Source of the DNA: Nemertoderma westbladi
Taxonomy: Eukaryota > Animalia > Xenacoelomorpha
Length of the DNA: 64,000 bases
Direction of reading: 5' to 3'
NCBI GenBank assembly: GCA_032718475.1
Contig: JAUCBJ010002736.1
Span: forward strand, 2,143-66,142
In this document: positions 24,360 to 36,146 of the stretch, piece by piece
How the letters are laid out: the number at the start of each line of letters is the position of its first letter
Numbering within the stretch: the stretch's first letter is position 1
Made by a program: the position numbers and the translations under genes
Notes under the pieces: model-generated
What the model was told of the DNA's origin: nothing
Database searches by the model: none
The model's input: only the letters and a program-made list of their open reading frames with translations

Positions 24360-27346
24360 TTGCCGACGAGAGACGATCCGGCAGTCCAAGCGGAGAGCGG
24401 CCGTCTACCACAAGGAAAGGACGAGTCGACATACGATGGCGGTCAAAGTACCGAAGTCGACGGCCAGCCACAGGCCGAGGGCGACGGACGGCCCACCGGA
24501 ACAGCGACGGTGGGGCTGCCGGTACGACGCCGAAGCAGGAGAGGAGGAGGAGATGTCGGCGACGAGGACGTCGGGACCAGCGATCGGCTTCGACGGGCCT
24601 ACAACGCCACGAAGAAACAGCTCAAGGGGGCCAGAGAAGGAGCAAAGGTGAACCAGGGGGAGTTGAGCCAGCGGCGAGGTGAGTCGAATAAACATTTCAG
24701 ATACCTAGTTCGTTTCGGGCAGGGTGAACTGGCGAGTGAGAGAGCGAGCGGGGTCGCCACCGAACTATTCGAACTGTGGCGATCCGGGATTATGGAGCCC
24801 CAAGTAGTGTACGTAGGGCCATATTTAGTGGATGCTAGGGGAATTAAGTTAGTGGGTTGGGCAGATCCGCACAAGGGCGAACCCGAGGTTAACCCCGAGA
24901 ATTCGGTCTCGTCGGTTAGCGAGAACCCCAGAAAGCGGGGGAAAGTTAGTAGGACAGAGAGGCGACGGGAGTCCGTCACGACCGATAAGTCCGCTACATC
25001 CTCCGCGAAAGCAAGAAGGGTGTTAGAGATAGATCTGGCGTGTCAATTAGACATGGTGGCGCTAGACCAGAAAGAATTAGAGAGGCAGTTGGATGAGGGA
25101 AGAGGCTGTTGGAGAAAAAGAGGGAGTTGGCGAGGGAGTGTAGAGAGAGGGCCGAGAGGGTAGCGAGAAATTGTAGAGAACAAGAAGGGAGAGAGGCAGA
25201 GGAACGCAAGGAGCGAGAAACGAGAGTAGAGAAGGAACGTAAGGAGCGAGAAATGAGAGTAGAGAAGGAATGTGAAGAGCGAGAGACGAGAGCGGAGAAC
25301 GAGTGTAAGGAGCGAGAGACGAGAGAGATGAACGAGCATAGAGAGCGAGAAGCGAGAGTAGAAAGCGAGCGTAAGGAGCGGGTGGCGAGAGAAACAGAGT
25401 TGGCGAACCAGAGTTTGCGAGAGGATAGAGCGAGAGAGAGAGAGCGGGAAAGCGCATGCGGGATGATATGCATGCCCGGTTAAGGGGGCTTATGCAATAT
25501 CAGGCCAAACAGAAGCACCGACTAGAACTGGCGCAGTTGGGACTATCAGAGAGTGAGGCTGGCTCGGGTAGTATTTACGAGGAGCCAGAGGTTATGGAAA
25601 CGTTTGTTAATACCCCACTTACAGGGACTGGACGACAGACCCAAGACTGGTGTAACCGTACGGGCGGGGGTAATAACAATACATTAGAAGACGTTAATAT
25701 TAATAGTACCATAGTAGACAACCCTAATCCAACTTTCATTGCAGGAAATAATATTTTGCCCAGTAACAATAATTTAAATCCGAATGATCCTAATTTAAAT
25801 ACAGAAAATAATTCAAATAATAATCTAGATTCCAATATACAAAGTAATTCAAATAATTTAAATTTAAATACGCAAAATAATCTAAATAATAATTTTAATT
25901 CAAATGAACAAAATAATCCCGATTCTAACCCAAATATACAAAATAATTTCAATAATAATCCGAATTCAGTACAGAATAACTCTAATAATTTAAATAATTT
26001 AGAAAATAATATTGATAATGGTGCTATTAATATAAATGCGGCAGATATAGGTGGACCGGCCAACGAGAGCCTGCCAGGCCACATAATCAGTACGCAGGGG
26101 GTAGCAGGGGTGAGAGACCCCGACGTGAACCTGGAAGGCCATGTAGTTAATACGCAGGGAGTAGCGGGGGTGAGTCGACCCGACGGGAGCCTGCCAGGCC
26201 ACGCAGTGATAGAGGGAGAGGCGGGGGTGAATAGACCCAGCCGCAGTAGAGATAGTGTGTCGACTAGAGAGGGGCGTAGAGGCAAAGCGAGAGATAGTAA
26301 AGTGATAGGTGGCGAGTGGGGGGGGGGGGGGGGGGGCTACAGGCGCCCCACAACGAGAGATTAGCGGCGAGAGGGGGGGAGCAGAGAGTGTCCCACAGGC
26401 GTCGGCGGACAATGCGCGGGGCGAATTAGGTGAACCGCAGCACCCAGCAACGGAGAATAGTAGGGGGGTTACGAATATCTCCAGCGGCTTGCGACCGGGT
26501 AGAGAGAGGGAGGTTGGCATTGCGAGTGGGCGAGTGACGAGATGTCGAGCCCAGTCAGAAGAGGGAAGAAGAACAGTGGAGTTTAACTGGGAGGTCGACG
26601 AGAGATCTTACGAACGGGGACGCTACATTGAAGAGAGAAGAAGAGAAGAGAATAGAAGAAGCATCGTTACGAGCGACCGGAGAGCGAGGATGGATAGCGA
26701 GCCGTCGGTAGTAGAAATGGAGTTGGAGAGTCAGTGGGGTCGAACTCCGAGAGATTGCCGTCGCCCCGGAGAGACGCAACCTGACGAGGTGTACTATACG
26801 CCGAAAGAGGGGTACAGGGCGTACTGGTACGAGGATGAGAATAGGAGAGGGGATCGAAGAGAAACTTCCCGACGGGATATAGCTGCCGATCGAGGGTATG
26901 GTAGTCGCCGGGAGGACTTCTTGGATTATTCGAGAAGGTTAAACTTCGGTCCGGAGGGACACATACAGACTGCAGGACATACTGTAGGCCTTACTGCACA
27001 TACTATAGACCATGCTGGGAGAAATAGTGTAGGCGATAGGGTAGCGCGGACGATGGGATTGGACCCGGAAGTCGCGGAGTATATACCGGTAGGTAGGCCA
27101 GAAGTGGATAGGCCTATACCGGTACCAGCACAACAGTATGACTATAACATGCAGGGACATAACATATACCCAGTTGAGGGGGATATTGCAGATAGATGGA
27201 TGGGCCCCAATATATTAACATCAACCCCAGTACCAAACATAACATTGGTGGGGGGGGGACAGGGTGACATTCCCCCATTACAGTATCGGCAGTATAGACA
27301 ACCAAGAACAAGAAGGATTCGACGAAGAGAGTGGGGTGGAAAGTGA
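24360..27346 (+). pseudogene. Frameshifted gag-like/ORF1 low-complexity reading frame of the LTR element
   Basis: Overlapping ORFs 24360-25163, 25109-25483 (E/R coiled coil), 25456-26364 (Asn-rich) and 26309-27346 tile one region; one junction falls in a G run. No capsid or CCHC motif recognised. Confidence 0.5.
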
Positions 27347-28310
27347 GACGAGCTAGAGGGGGGAAGATGGGGGGGTGCCTGATGGAGGAGTGGCCCTTAG
27401 GTTGCTGAGTGGTCCAATAGGTTGGACAGAGAAGGGTACGGACGTGCCGACGTGAAGGTGTAGGTAGTTAAAGAGAAACATACGCACTGAGGTAGACTGA
27501 GGGCGTCACGTGCGGGATCGAAAGGGGGGTATGTACGCATACCGTTGGTTGTCAGAAGTGGGATAACCAAGAAGAGTATGGAGAGGGAGAAACCTGTGGG
27601 CATTGAGGGCATCAGGTGACCAGAAACGAGAAGGATTAGAGGAAGAGAGTGGGGCGGAAAGTGAGGCGAGCTAGAGGGGGAAGATGGGAGAGATGAGAAG
27701 GGTACAGGGGATGCATTGAACTAAGCAGGGCACGGGCGTGATGACGTGTTTGATGCAAGAGCAGGGTATGTTAATTTGGGTGGGTGCCAGGCACACGAGG
27801 TGCCGGGCACAAGAAGTTAGGCAGTGTGGTATATTGACATACTACGAGAGTAGTAGGAGGGTATGTAATACCGAGAGTTAATAGAGTTAGTAGAGTTAGT
27901 TGAGTTAGTAAGAGTTAGTAGAGAGTTAGTAGAGTTAGTAAGAGTTAGTAGTTGTTCACATAATTAACATACCCACTTTTACGGCACTCAGAGCGTCACG
28001 TGCAGGCGAGGAGATCTAAAGGGGATAAGATGTAAAGGTAGATGTAGAGGAGATAAGATGTAGATAGAGTAGAGGAAGTAGATGCAGAGATAGATGTAGA
28101 GGAAGTAGATAGAGATGGGAGAGATGCATGATGGAGGGGTGGCCCATAGGTTGTTGAGTGGTCCAGTAGGTTGGGGGTGTGGGTGGTTAAACGTTACCTA
28201 GGTTAACAAGGCTCCTAGGGTAACTTAGCATACGCACCTTTGACGGCACTGAGGGCATCATGTATGGAATTGAGGGGGAGCATGTATACATAACCATAGT
28301 TGAGGGGTGC

Positions 28311-29175
28311 AGTAGTAGAGGCGGGCACAAAGGGTGTCAGGTAGTAGAGTAGTAGAGACAGTAGAGTAGTAGAGGCGGGCACAAAGGGTGCCAGGTAGTA
28401 GAGTAGTAGAGGCAGTAGAGTAGTAGAGGCAGGCACAAAGGGTGCCAGGTAGTAGAGTAGTAGAGGCGGGCACAAAGGGTGCCAGGTAGTAGAGTAGTAG
28501 AGGTGGGCACAAAGGGTGCCAGGTAGTAGAGTAGTAGAGGCGGGCACAAAGGGTGCCAGGTAGTAGAGTAGTAGAGAGGGCACAAAGTGAGGGGGGGGGG
28601 GGTATGTACGCATGCCATAGCCGAAGAGTATGGAAAGTGCGAAACCTGTGGGCACTGAGGGCATCACGTAGTGAGCAGTAAGAGGGCAGGTAGTACCGTT
28701 AGTCGAGAGTAAGAGGGTACGCAGTACCGTTAGTTAGAGTTAGGGAGTAAGAGGGTACGTAGTACCGTTAGTAAAGTTAGAGTTAGGGAGTAAGAGGGTA
28801 CGTAGTACCGTTAGTAAAGTTAGAGTTGGGGAGTAAGAGGGTACATAGTACCGGTAGAGAGTTAGTAGAGTTAGTAGAGGTAGAGAGTTAGTAGAGGTAG
28901 AGAGTTAGTAGAGTTAGAGAGTTGGAGAGTTAGTAGAGTTAGTAGAGGCAGAGAGTTAGTAGAGTTAGAGAGTTAGTAGAGGTAGAGAGTTAGTAGAGTT
29001 AGAGAGTTAGTAGAGGTAGAGAGTTAGTAGAGTTAGAGAGTTAGTAGAGGTAGAGAGTTAGTAGAGTTAGAGAGTTAGTAGAGGTAGAGAGTTAGAGAGT
29101 TAGTCGAGTTAGAGAGTTAGTAGAGTTAGGGAGTTAGTAGAGCTAGTAGACTTAATAGAGTTAGTAGTAAGAGAG
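28311..29175. repeat. Purine-rich minisatellites inside the LTR element (37-bp, 38-bp and AGAGTTAGT-type)
   Basis: Tandem units AGTAGTAGAGGCGGGCACAAAGGGTGCCAGGTAGTAG, GGGAGTAAGAGGGTACGTAGTACCGTTAGT.. and AGAGTTAGT are visible. Confidence 0.85.
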
Positions 29176-30386
29176 TTACAAGGTAAGTAGTAAGTAAGAA
29201 GTAAGTAGAGAGAAAAATGACAGCACAGAACAGGGGCAAATAGAGATAAAACAAAAAAAATCAAAATAAAACTAAGAATATCAGGACCACTCCCGAACTA
29301 CAGAAGAGCCTTCAAGGTAGCCTTCGGAGGTCTGGTAGACCACCCGGGGCTGAAGGGCGAGTCGGTGTACTACGACAACCAGCATCTAGTAGACAGGGAG
29401 GTGGATACACCATAACAGAGGTGGGAGAAGTTGGAAGCGGATAGACTTGAGGAGAAGCGACTGGAAGAAGTCGCTAAACGAGAAAGGCGGAGAAAGAGTG
29501 AAACGGGCAAGACTGGGAATGACGAGTCATATCACCTCCGAGAGGGGGGGTTAAGGCGCGTCATATAGACGAGCATATAATATAATATATAATATATAAT
29601 TATAATAATTAATTGTTATATATAACATATGTATTATACAGTATGTACCGTAGTCAAGCACAACCTTTTTCCAATTAGCTACTGGGACTGGGGACTAATT
29701 GACTAGGGCGACAGGACGGGACTTAGATGGCTCCCACTAACATGTGCGCACATGTGTGGGACCCGATAAGTGTGTGGTCATTAAACAACAGGGCGGAGTT
29801 CAGGATTTATTGTGAAAGCTCGTATCCTGCGGGATAGGAATCGTGCAGATGGGCACTACCGGGATATGAGTAGGAGGGGCACTTGATGGGACCCCCGGCG
29901 TGGAGAGTGAGGGCAAAATGAGAGGAGTATGAGAGGAATATGAGAAGAGTATGAGAGGAGTATGAGGAAAGATAGTGAGAGGTGGTGTTGAGGAGTGTGG
30001 AGAGAGTACGGGTGCGATTCAAATGTGGGGGGGGGGGGGGGGGGAGTAAGAGGCAGAGTGAGGGACAAAGAGGTCCGAAAGTGGAGTGGAGTTAGAGTGA
30101 AAGTAGAGAGGCGTTAGAGTCAGTTTGGAGTGGAGTGAAGATTTAAAATTGTGTGAGAGGAGTCCACAATTGTCTCGAACCGAGACGCCAGATGTCTTGG
30201 TGCAACATAGATTGAGGTTGCACCAAGAGGGGGTAATAATATCATACCCAGAGGGAGCGGCCTGGAAAGCCGACTCCAAGTAAAAGAACTCCACCCCACA
30301 CCCGATAGTAGATCGGGTTCCAGCGGAATTTAAGCGCACTCAAAGGTGATGCTATCTTCTCACCGGGAAGATAGCATGGGGGGGAG

Positions 30387-30961
30387 TGTGAGCGGATTCA
30401 ATTCCGCCTCATTACCCCCATAAAGTTGGGAAGTGGCGCCCTTTTCAGCAATATTGGAGATACGAGATTGATAACAACCAATCTCGTATCACACCCAATA
30501 ACGGGGATAACATACACCCCAAAAGCCACACAAAGGGAGGTTAGAGGTCAAACCACCTCGAGAGGGCAGATAACCAACAGCGGGGGGGGGGGGGGGGAAG
30601 CACTCCCACAGAGGTGAGAGGCGTGAAGTAGGTCATCAACCAATGGGAGCGGGGAAAAGTATCCACTGGACAAAGGCCAAAGTAATGTAGGAATGAATAC
30701 ATATATTATCCTATTACCGGTCAGTTAATCAGTTTACTCAGTCATTCAGTTCAGTGCAGACCGGTGATGTTTTTCACCGTCACCGTCACCATCACTACAT
30801 GTTACATTATCACTACCGGTATACTGCTATTATATTGTCAATTCAACTGTGCTATTATCCATTACGAATATCAGAGCGATAACAACAAACAGCCATTATT
30901 TTATCTCAAACGGTGACGCGTAGTCAACTAAACCCGGTCGGGATCCCTTGATCCCGTAACA
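30387..30961 (+). repeat. 3' LTR
   Basis: TGTGAGCGG...GTAACA followed by the TSD CGCTA. Confidence 0.93.
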
Positions 30962-31249
30962 CGCTACTTTATACATAATGATAATGATGTCCATTGTATA
31001 TCATATACGTGTAAAATAGCGTGGTTAATAGATGAGTCTCTAAATTTATACGGGCTTGGTATCGTTTTTTGTGTTCTACACAAAACGTTATTTTTTGTGT
31101 AAAACACAAAACGTTATTTTTTGTGTAAAACACAAAACGTTACCGGTATTTTTTGTGTAAAACACAAAAAGATGCATTACTGTAATACATCAATACAGAT
31201 TAATATCAGTAGTTTTAACTAAATCAATGTTGATGAACGTTAGATAAAC

Positions 31250-31720
31250 TGTTGTGGCGATTGTTTCCTCCGTTGTGGCAACTATAACCTCCGTAGTGGC
31301 GATTGTTTCCTTCGTTGTGGCAACTATATCATCTGTTGTGGCGATTGTTTCCTCCGTTGTGGCAACTATATCATCTGTTGTGGCGATTGTTTCCTTCGTT
31401 GTGGCAACTATAACCTCCGTAGTGGCGATTGTTTCCCCCGTTGTGGCAACTATAGCATCTGTTGTGGCGATTGTTTCCCCCGTTGTGGCAACTAACGCAT
31501 CTGTTGTGGCGATTGTTTCCCCCGTTGTGGCAACTAACGCATCCGTTGTGGCGATTGTTTCCCCCGTTGTGGCAACTAACGCATCTGTTGTGGCGATTGT
31601 GTCCCCCGTTGTGGCAACTATAGCATCCGTTGTGGCGATTGTTTCCCCCGTTGTGGAAACTAACGCATCTGTTGTGGCGATTGTGTCCCCCGTTGTGGCA
31701 ACTATAGCATCCGTTGTTGT
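31250..31720. repeat. 42-bp (2x21) minisatellite, same family as 23012-23290
   Basis: GTTGTGGCGATTGTTTCCCCCGTTGTGGCAACTA.. about 11 units. Confidence 0.88.
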
Positions 31721-31798
31721 ACGCGCTTTTGAAGACCTTTAGCAGTTTAACCTGCCAAAATTTATATGTCTTTTGGTTTATAGATATACTTTAGAAGA

Positions 31799-32996
31799 TG
31801 ACAAATATTTAATACCAATAAACACAACATTAGCAGAAGCCAGCCTAGTGCGCGTCCATTCACCCGCTGGATAATCCCGGGAGACTGGATTCTGAGGGCT
31901 TAAATTATTATTGCAGTGAAGCTTACTGTATTGTATTATTCGATTGATCGTTAATAATTAATTTCTGACTAATATTATTTACTTTCGGGAAATATTAACA
32001 GTTCCTTTAGGACGTGGCGCTCTATCTAGGTAAACAGAGATATGACTTATACTAATCACAACGGTAAGTCGGTAAGGCTTAAGATTCACGTATGAGGCGC
32101 ATTCTTTAGGAAATGCTTAGTTATCAGTCACAATCATGCACACTACCGGTAACACACAATACTGCACGCTAATTTGCCGATCGTCAATGAATTTTATCAT
32201 ATATAAAGAGAACAGCAACGGACCAATGTAGTGCTTATCAAATAGCATTAAATTCACTACAAACCACAACAATATAAGTCGCAATCGCTATATATAACCC
32301 GTCTCTCTAACCTGTAGTGTATCAAGAAAATTGGGAAATTTGGGTTCTTTATATATGTTCTCCAAATAATATTCAACCAAACACAACAGTAAATAGCAGT
32401 ATAATAATGTATGTTGAACAGTAATAACAACAAAGTATTGAATTGTGAATGGTTTGTTAAGAATTGCATTGAATTGATAAGATTTGATAACAGTCATACG
32501 CTCTATAATTTAAGCCTACTAATGTTTCTTCTAAAAGTATGAAACGAATTGATTCTAGAGCCGTTGTTCCTGGCCTAGACAGCAATAACAACAAAGTATA
32601 TGAAAAAACAGTAAGACTGAACTCTCTCCTTAAGATCGACCGAAAAGCTACACGTCGACAGGAAAAATCGCTCCGATTGGCTCAAGCCAAACAAAGAACC
32701 ATGCGTCCAATGGCTGTTTCCATGTCAGCAACCAGCTGTTAGATGTCGTAATATGAATCGTCACGGCTAAGCTATGAAAGGTATTTGTCGCATTGCAGGT
32801 TTTTTGCCTTACCATGTCCGCTAAAACACGTATATAGCAGAATGACTTTTATGTCCGTTAAAACACCTGTAACGGTACCTTGCGGGCGAGGGGAATATAT
32901 ATACAGTTAGAGAACCTTTTTAGAGTATTCCAGCGCCTGGGGGGAAACTGGATTGCGAAGCAAAAGGGCCAGTTATATCCCACAGAAGCTTTTACA
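31799..32996 (-). repeat. Probable 3' LTR of the BEL/Pao element
   Basis: On the minus strand a purine-rich TGGGAGCGG directly precedes TGTAAAAG at 32996, with a candidate end TTTGTCA at 31799 and an AATAAA inside. No partner LTR is present to confirm the distal end. Confidence 0.5.
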
Positions 32997-33074
32997 CCGC
33001 TCCCAGAAAATGGGATTTGAGTCTATAAAATATACAAAATCACAGTTTCTAATATACGTAAATACTCTAAACAG

Positions 33075-34522
33075 TTAGTCTTTCTTGCGCGGACGGCGTT
33101 TACGCAGTTTTTTAAAGCTAGCAAGAGTCCTTTTCTCTTTGGGGCGAGCCACTTTACAAGGAGGGCTATAACTCCTGGGTGAAGGGTGCAATATGATTGC
33201 ATCAGAGGGTGTAGGATTATAGTCGGTGTATCCGCCAGTCGAAGTACCGGGTTGATTGACATCAACGTCAGGTGAGAGGGGTCTAACGGCTTTGAGAGCT
33301 CGTTTCAAGACAGCCGCTCTTACGGGTCCTTTACGAGTGGTCTGAACGAGGGCCGTGGGTGGACCATAGGCAGTTAGAAACTTCCGGGGTTTAATGGTCC
33401 TTTCCAACTCGCGTTCGCGGGCTCGGTATTCGTAAGGCCGTCGATATACTTCCTGTAACTCAGGGTGTGAGTTAACAAACAAGTCTCCATAGTCCGGATC
33501 CTGACGGATATAATTGATTAAGTTATAGGAATGAAGGTCGCTAGGATTAACACTCCTGAGAAATTTGCGTACGAATTTGGTTGAAATACATTCTCCGACG
33601 CGCTTCAGTAGCTCGTAACTTGATATGCGTGATTTCTGTTCAACCGAAGCGAATAGATAAGGATGGAACGCATAAACTCCTTCGTAAGCGCGTCCGGGAT
33701 AATAGCGATGGCGCGAATCACAATGTAAATCAGCGTTCGCTTCCCAAGCTCTGATGTAACGTAGTGTGATCATTTCATCTACGCTTTCCAAATCGTGATT
33801 AAAAAGGGCAATCGAAACTGGCGTGTCCCTTTAGTTGACAATGGTGACATTGAGTCATAAATTGAGGGCAAACCGCAAAAATGTGCAAATTATTAAATCT
33901 GCAATACGCTCAATAAATTTCCATCGCCGGTTGTTCGTGGAAATAGGAACAGCAGACGTTTGGGTCCATGGGCGTAACATGGTCTCTCGATGCGCATAAC
34001 CGACAACGTTGCCGAGAAACATAGTTGGCATGGCGATAATCGTACGCAGTGAGACACTGGACCTTGATACCATTCTAGGATGTAATCGTTGTCGCTGTTC
34101 CGGGCGCGATAGGCTGAATCTCCTCAGATTCTAGGCATATTGGTTCGTCTTCCCAGTCTGTTACGAATATAATTTTCGTGATCTATTCTCGGTTTATCGT
34201 TACGACGCCGCTGGGTATGATATTTAAATAGAACCATTTCCCTTTCGGTATCTACATCGTCTGTATCATGTAAATCGATAGGATGGCCGGTCGTTAGGAA
34301 GTCCATATACGTACCATTACGATTCGTATAGCGAGTGGTGAATTTTCGATAGTCCAATTCACGCGCAAGTTGCTCTTGGGACATCGGCGGTTCGATATAA
34401 CGACCATCGTCCTCCGTAATGGTTGGATCGGCTTCACCGCGTATTAAGCTATCCACAAATGCTTGTAAAGGTAGAGTATATCGCTCCCTAATACCAAGAT
34501 CATCTTCTATCAACTCCATCAT
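33075..34522 (-). pseudogene. Disrupted accessory ORF2 with CCHC zinc knuckles in the BEL element 3' region
   Basis: Between ORFs 34124-34522 and 33075-33791 one frame reads CRLCASRDH..., *AYCRFNNLHIFAVC and CHHCQLKGHASFDC, then frameshifts in a T5 run into the 238-aa ORF. Confidence 0.6.
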
Positions 34523-35129
34523 ATCTGCTATCTGAGTTTATTAATATCAAATAAGTTTGTATTTAGGCGAGCGGGCGTCGCTGCCTACTTCTCTTTGCCC
34601 CCGGACAGTGGGATTCTCAGCGCCGATGTACCGTCGTCGGGGTGTTTACGCCAACATGTAGCAACAGCACGACAACGATAACCGGCACAAGTCACTCCAC
34701 TGTCCGTCCCAAAGGCTTGAATTCACTTTAGGTTCTTTCTATAGGAGAGTTGGGCTATTTTTACAATTGCGACTAGCTACTGTAAACATACTTTAGCAGT
34801 AACATTCACCTATAAACGCACAAATTCCACACAACTGTCAACAACTGCACACACACAGGCCATTTGTCCGTTAGTCAGTGCCTTCCAGAATGTCACGTTA
34901 TTACTGTGTATCCTTGGATACTAACAGTGTGCTATGTTCTCTATGCTATGCAATGGGACAAGCTTTCTATTGTTCTTTTAACTTGCTTCTAATTCTAGCG
35001 TGGGTGTTGCTATGGTGACATTATGTAATGCTAGCGGTAGAATTAGGGTAATTCTCATGCATACAGATCTGGGATGCTATTTAATAATAATTCTTTAATT
35101 GTCAATATCCTCTTTATGCATGATTTTAT

Positions 35130-35610
35130 TAATTTTATCGGCTATTGACTATATGTCGGAGATTCTCGCACTCTAATACACTCAATAGGATGAATCTCCG
35201 CTCCCATGATCTATTAATTAATGGAATTTTGGGAATGTTATAAATTGTACAAAATGACAATTTATGAAATTCATTTAAAAATATGAATTTAAATTTATTC
35301 CCGTGAATTTTATTATTTGATGTTAAAATTGACACAATTTGATTCCAGAGCAGGTCTGGGGACATAGGATCCTTAATTCTATGAAATTTGTCTTTTAAGA
35401 GTATCGGGAAGTGCTACGATATCTTAATCGACTAGAATTGTTAATGGATCTGAATTTTACAGATTTTAACAAATATTAAATTAATATTTAAGATGGGCAC
35501 CGATTTATTCCAGAACTTGTCTGGGGACGTTAACCATTGATTCTAGAATTTGTCTTTCAAGTATATCGGTGGGTGCCGCGATATCTTAATCGACTAGAAT
35601 TACAGATGGT
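35130..35610. repeat. Degenerate tandem repeats of about 165-180 bp in the BEL 3' region
   Basis: TTCCAGA...GTCTGGGGAC and GATATCTTAATCGACTAGAATT are each present twice. Confidence 0.6.
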
Positions 35611-36146
35611 CAAAAGGTTTAACAGATTTATTTGCGTTTTACGCTACTGTTATAGGGACATCACGCTACTATATGTATTATTTAATATAAGGTAGAAGAG
35701 CAATATCGCACGAAGCAATGTCAGTGTGAAGAGGCAAGTCGTTTCCAAGGTCTACCCAGAGCTTGGCTTAGCCGAGACACGAGGATCTGAACTTTGCATT
35801 CCTAATACTCTGCCTACCGATAATACTTGAATATAGTAGTGGCTTTATTGTACTTTAATAAGTACGGATATTTCATCTTACTGTAGTCACGTATTTATAA
35901 TATGATACGGACAGTAAGGAAAGAGAAAAAATTATTTCTCGCCGTCGCACTAAATATATATTATAAGTAATTACGTACGTAATAAACACTAATATATTGC
36001 ACTAATCTACTAAATAATCACTAAAATAACATTCTACTAAATAAAATTGAATAAAAACGATTATAATAAAGTACATAATAAAGTTCGCATATAAAAATAT
36101 AATAAAATAGATAAAACAATATAGTCATACACCCACTCCAGACGTA

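Larger units (their letters stand above)
23613..30961 (+). mobile_element. Non-autonomous LTR retroelement (LARD-like), 7.35 kb, no pol
   Basis: LTRs 23613-24186 and 30387-30961 (TG..CA, about 575 bp), 5-bp TSD CGCTA on both sides, and G-rich PPT (GGGGGGGAG) before the 3' LTR. No RT, RNase H or integrase motifs seen inside. Confidence 0.92.

Noticed and set aside
29218-29570. Short broken ORF inside the LTR element
   Set aside because: Contains stops and no recognisable pol or env motif.
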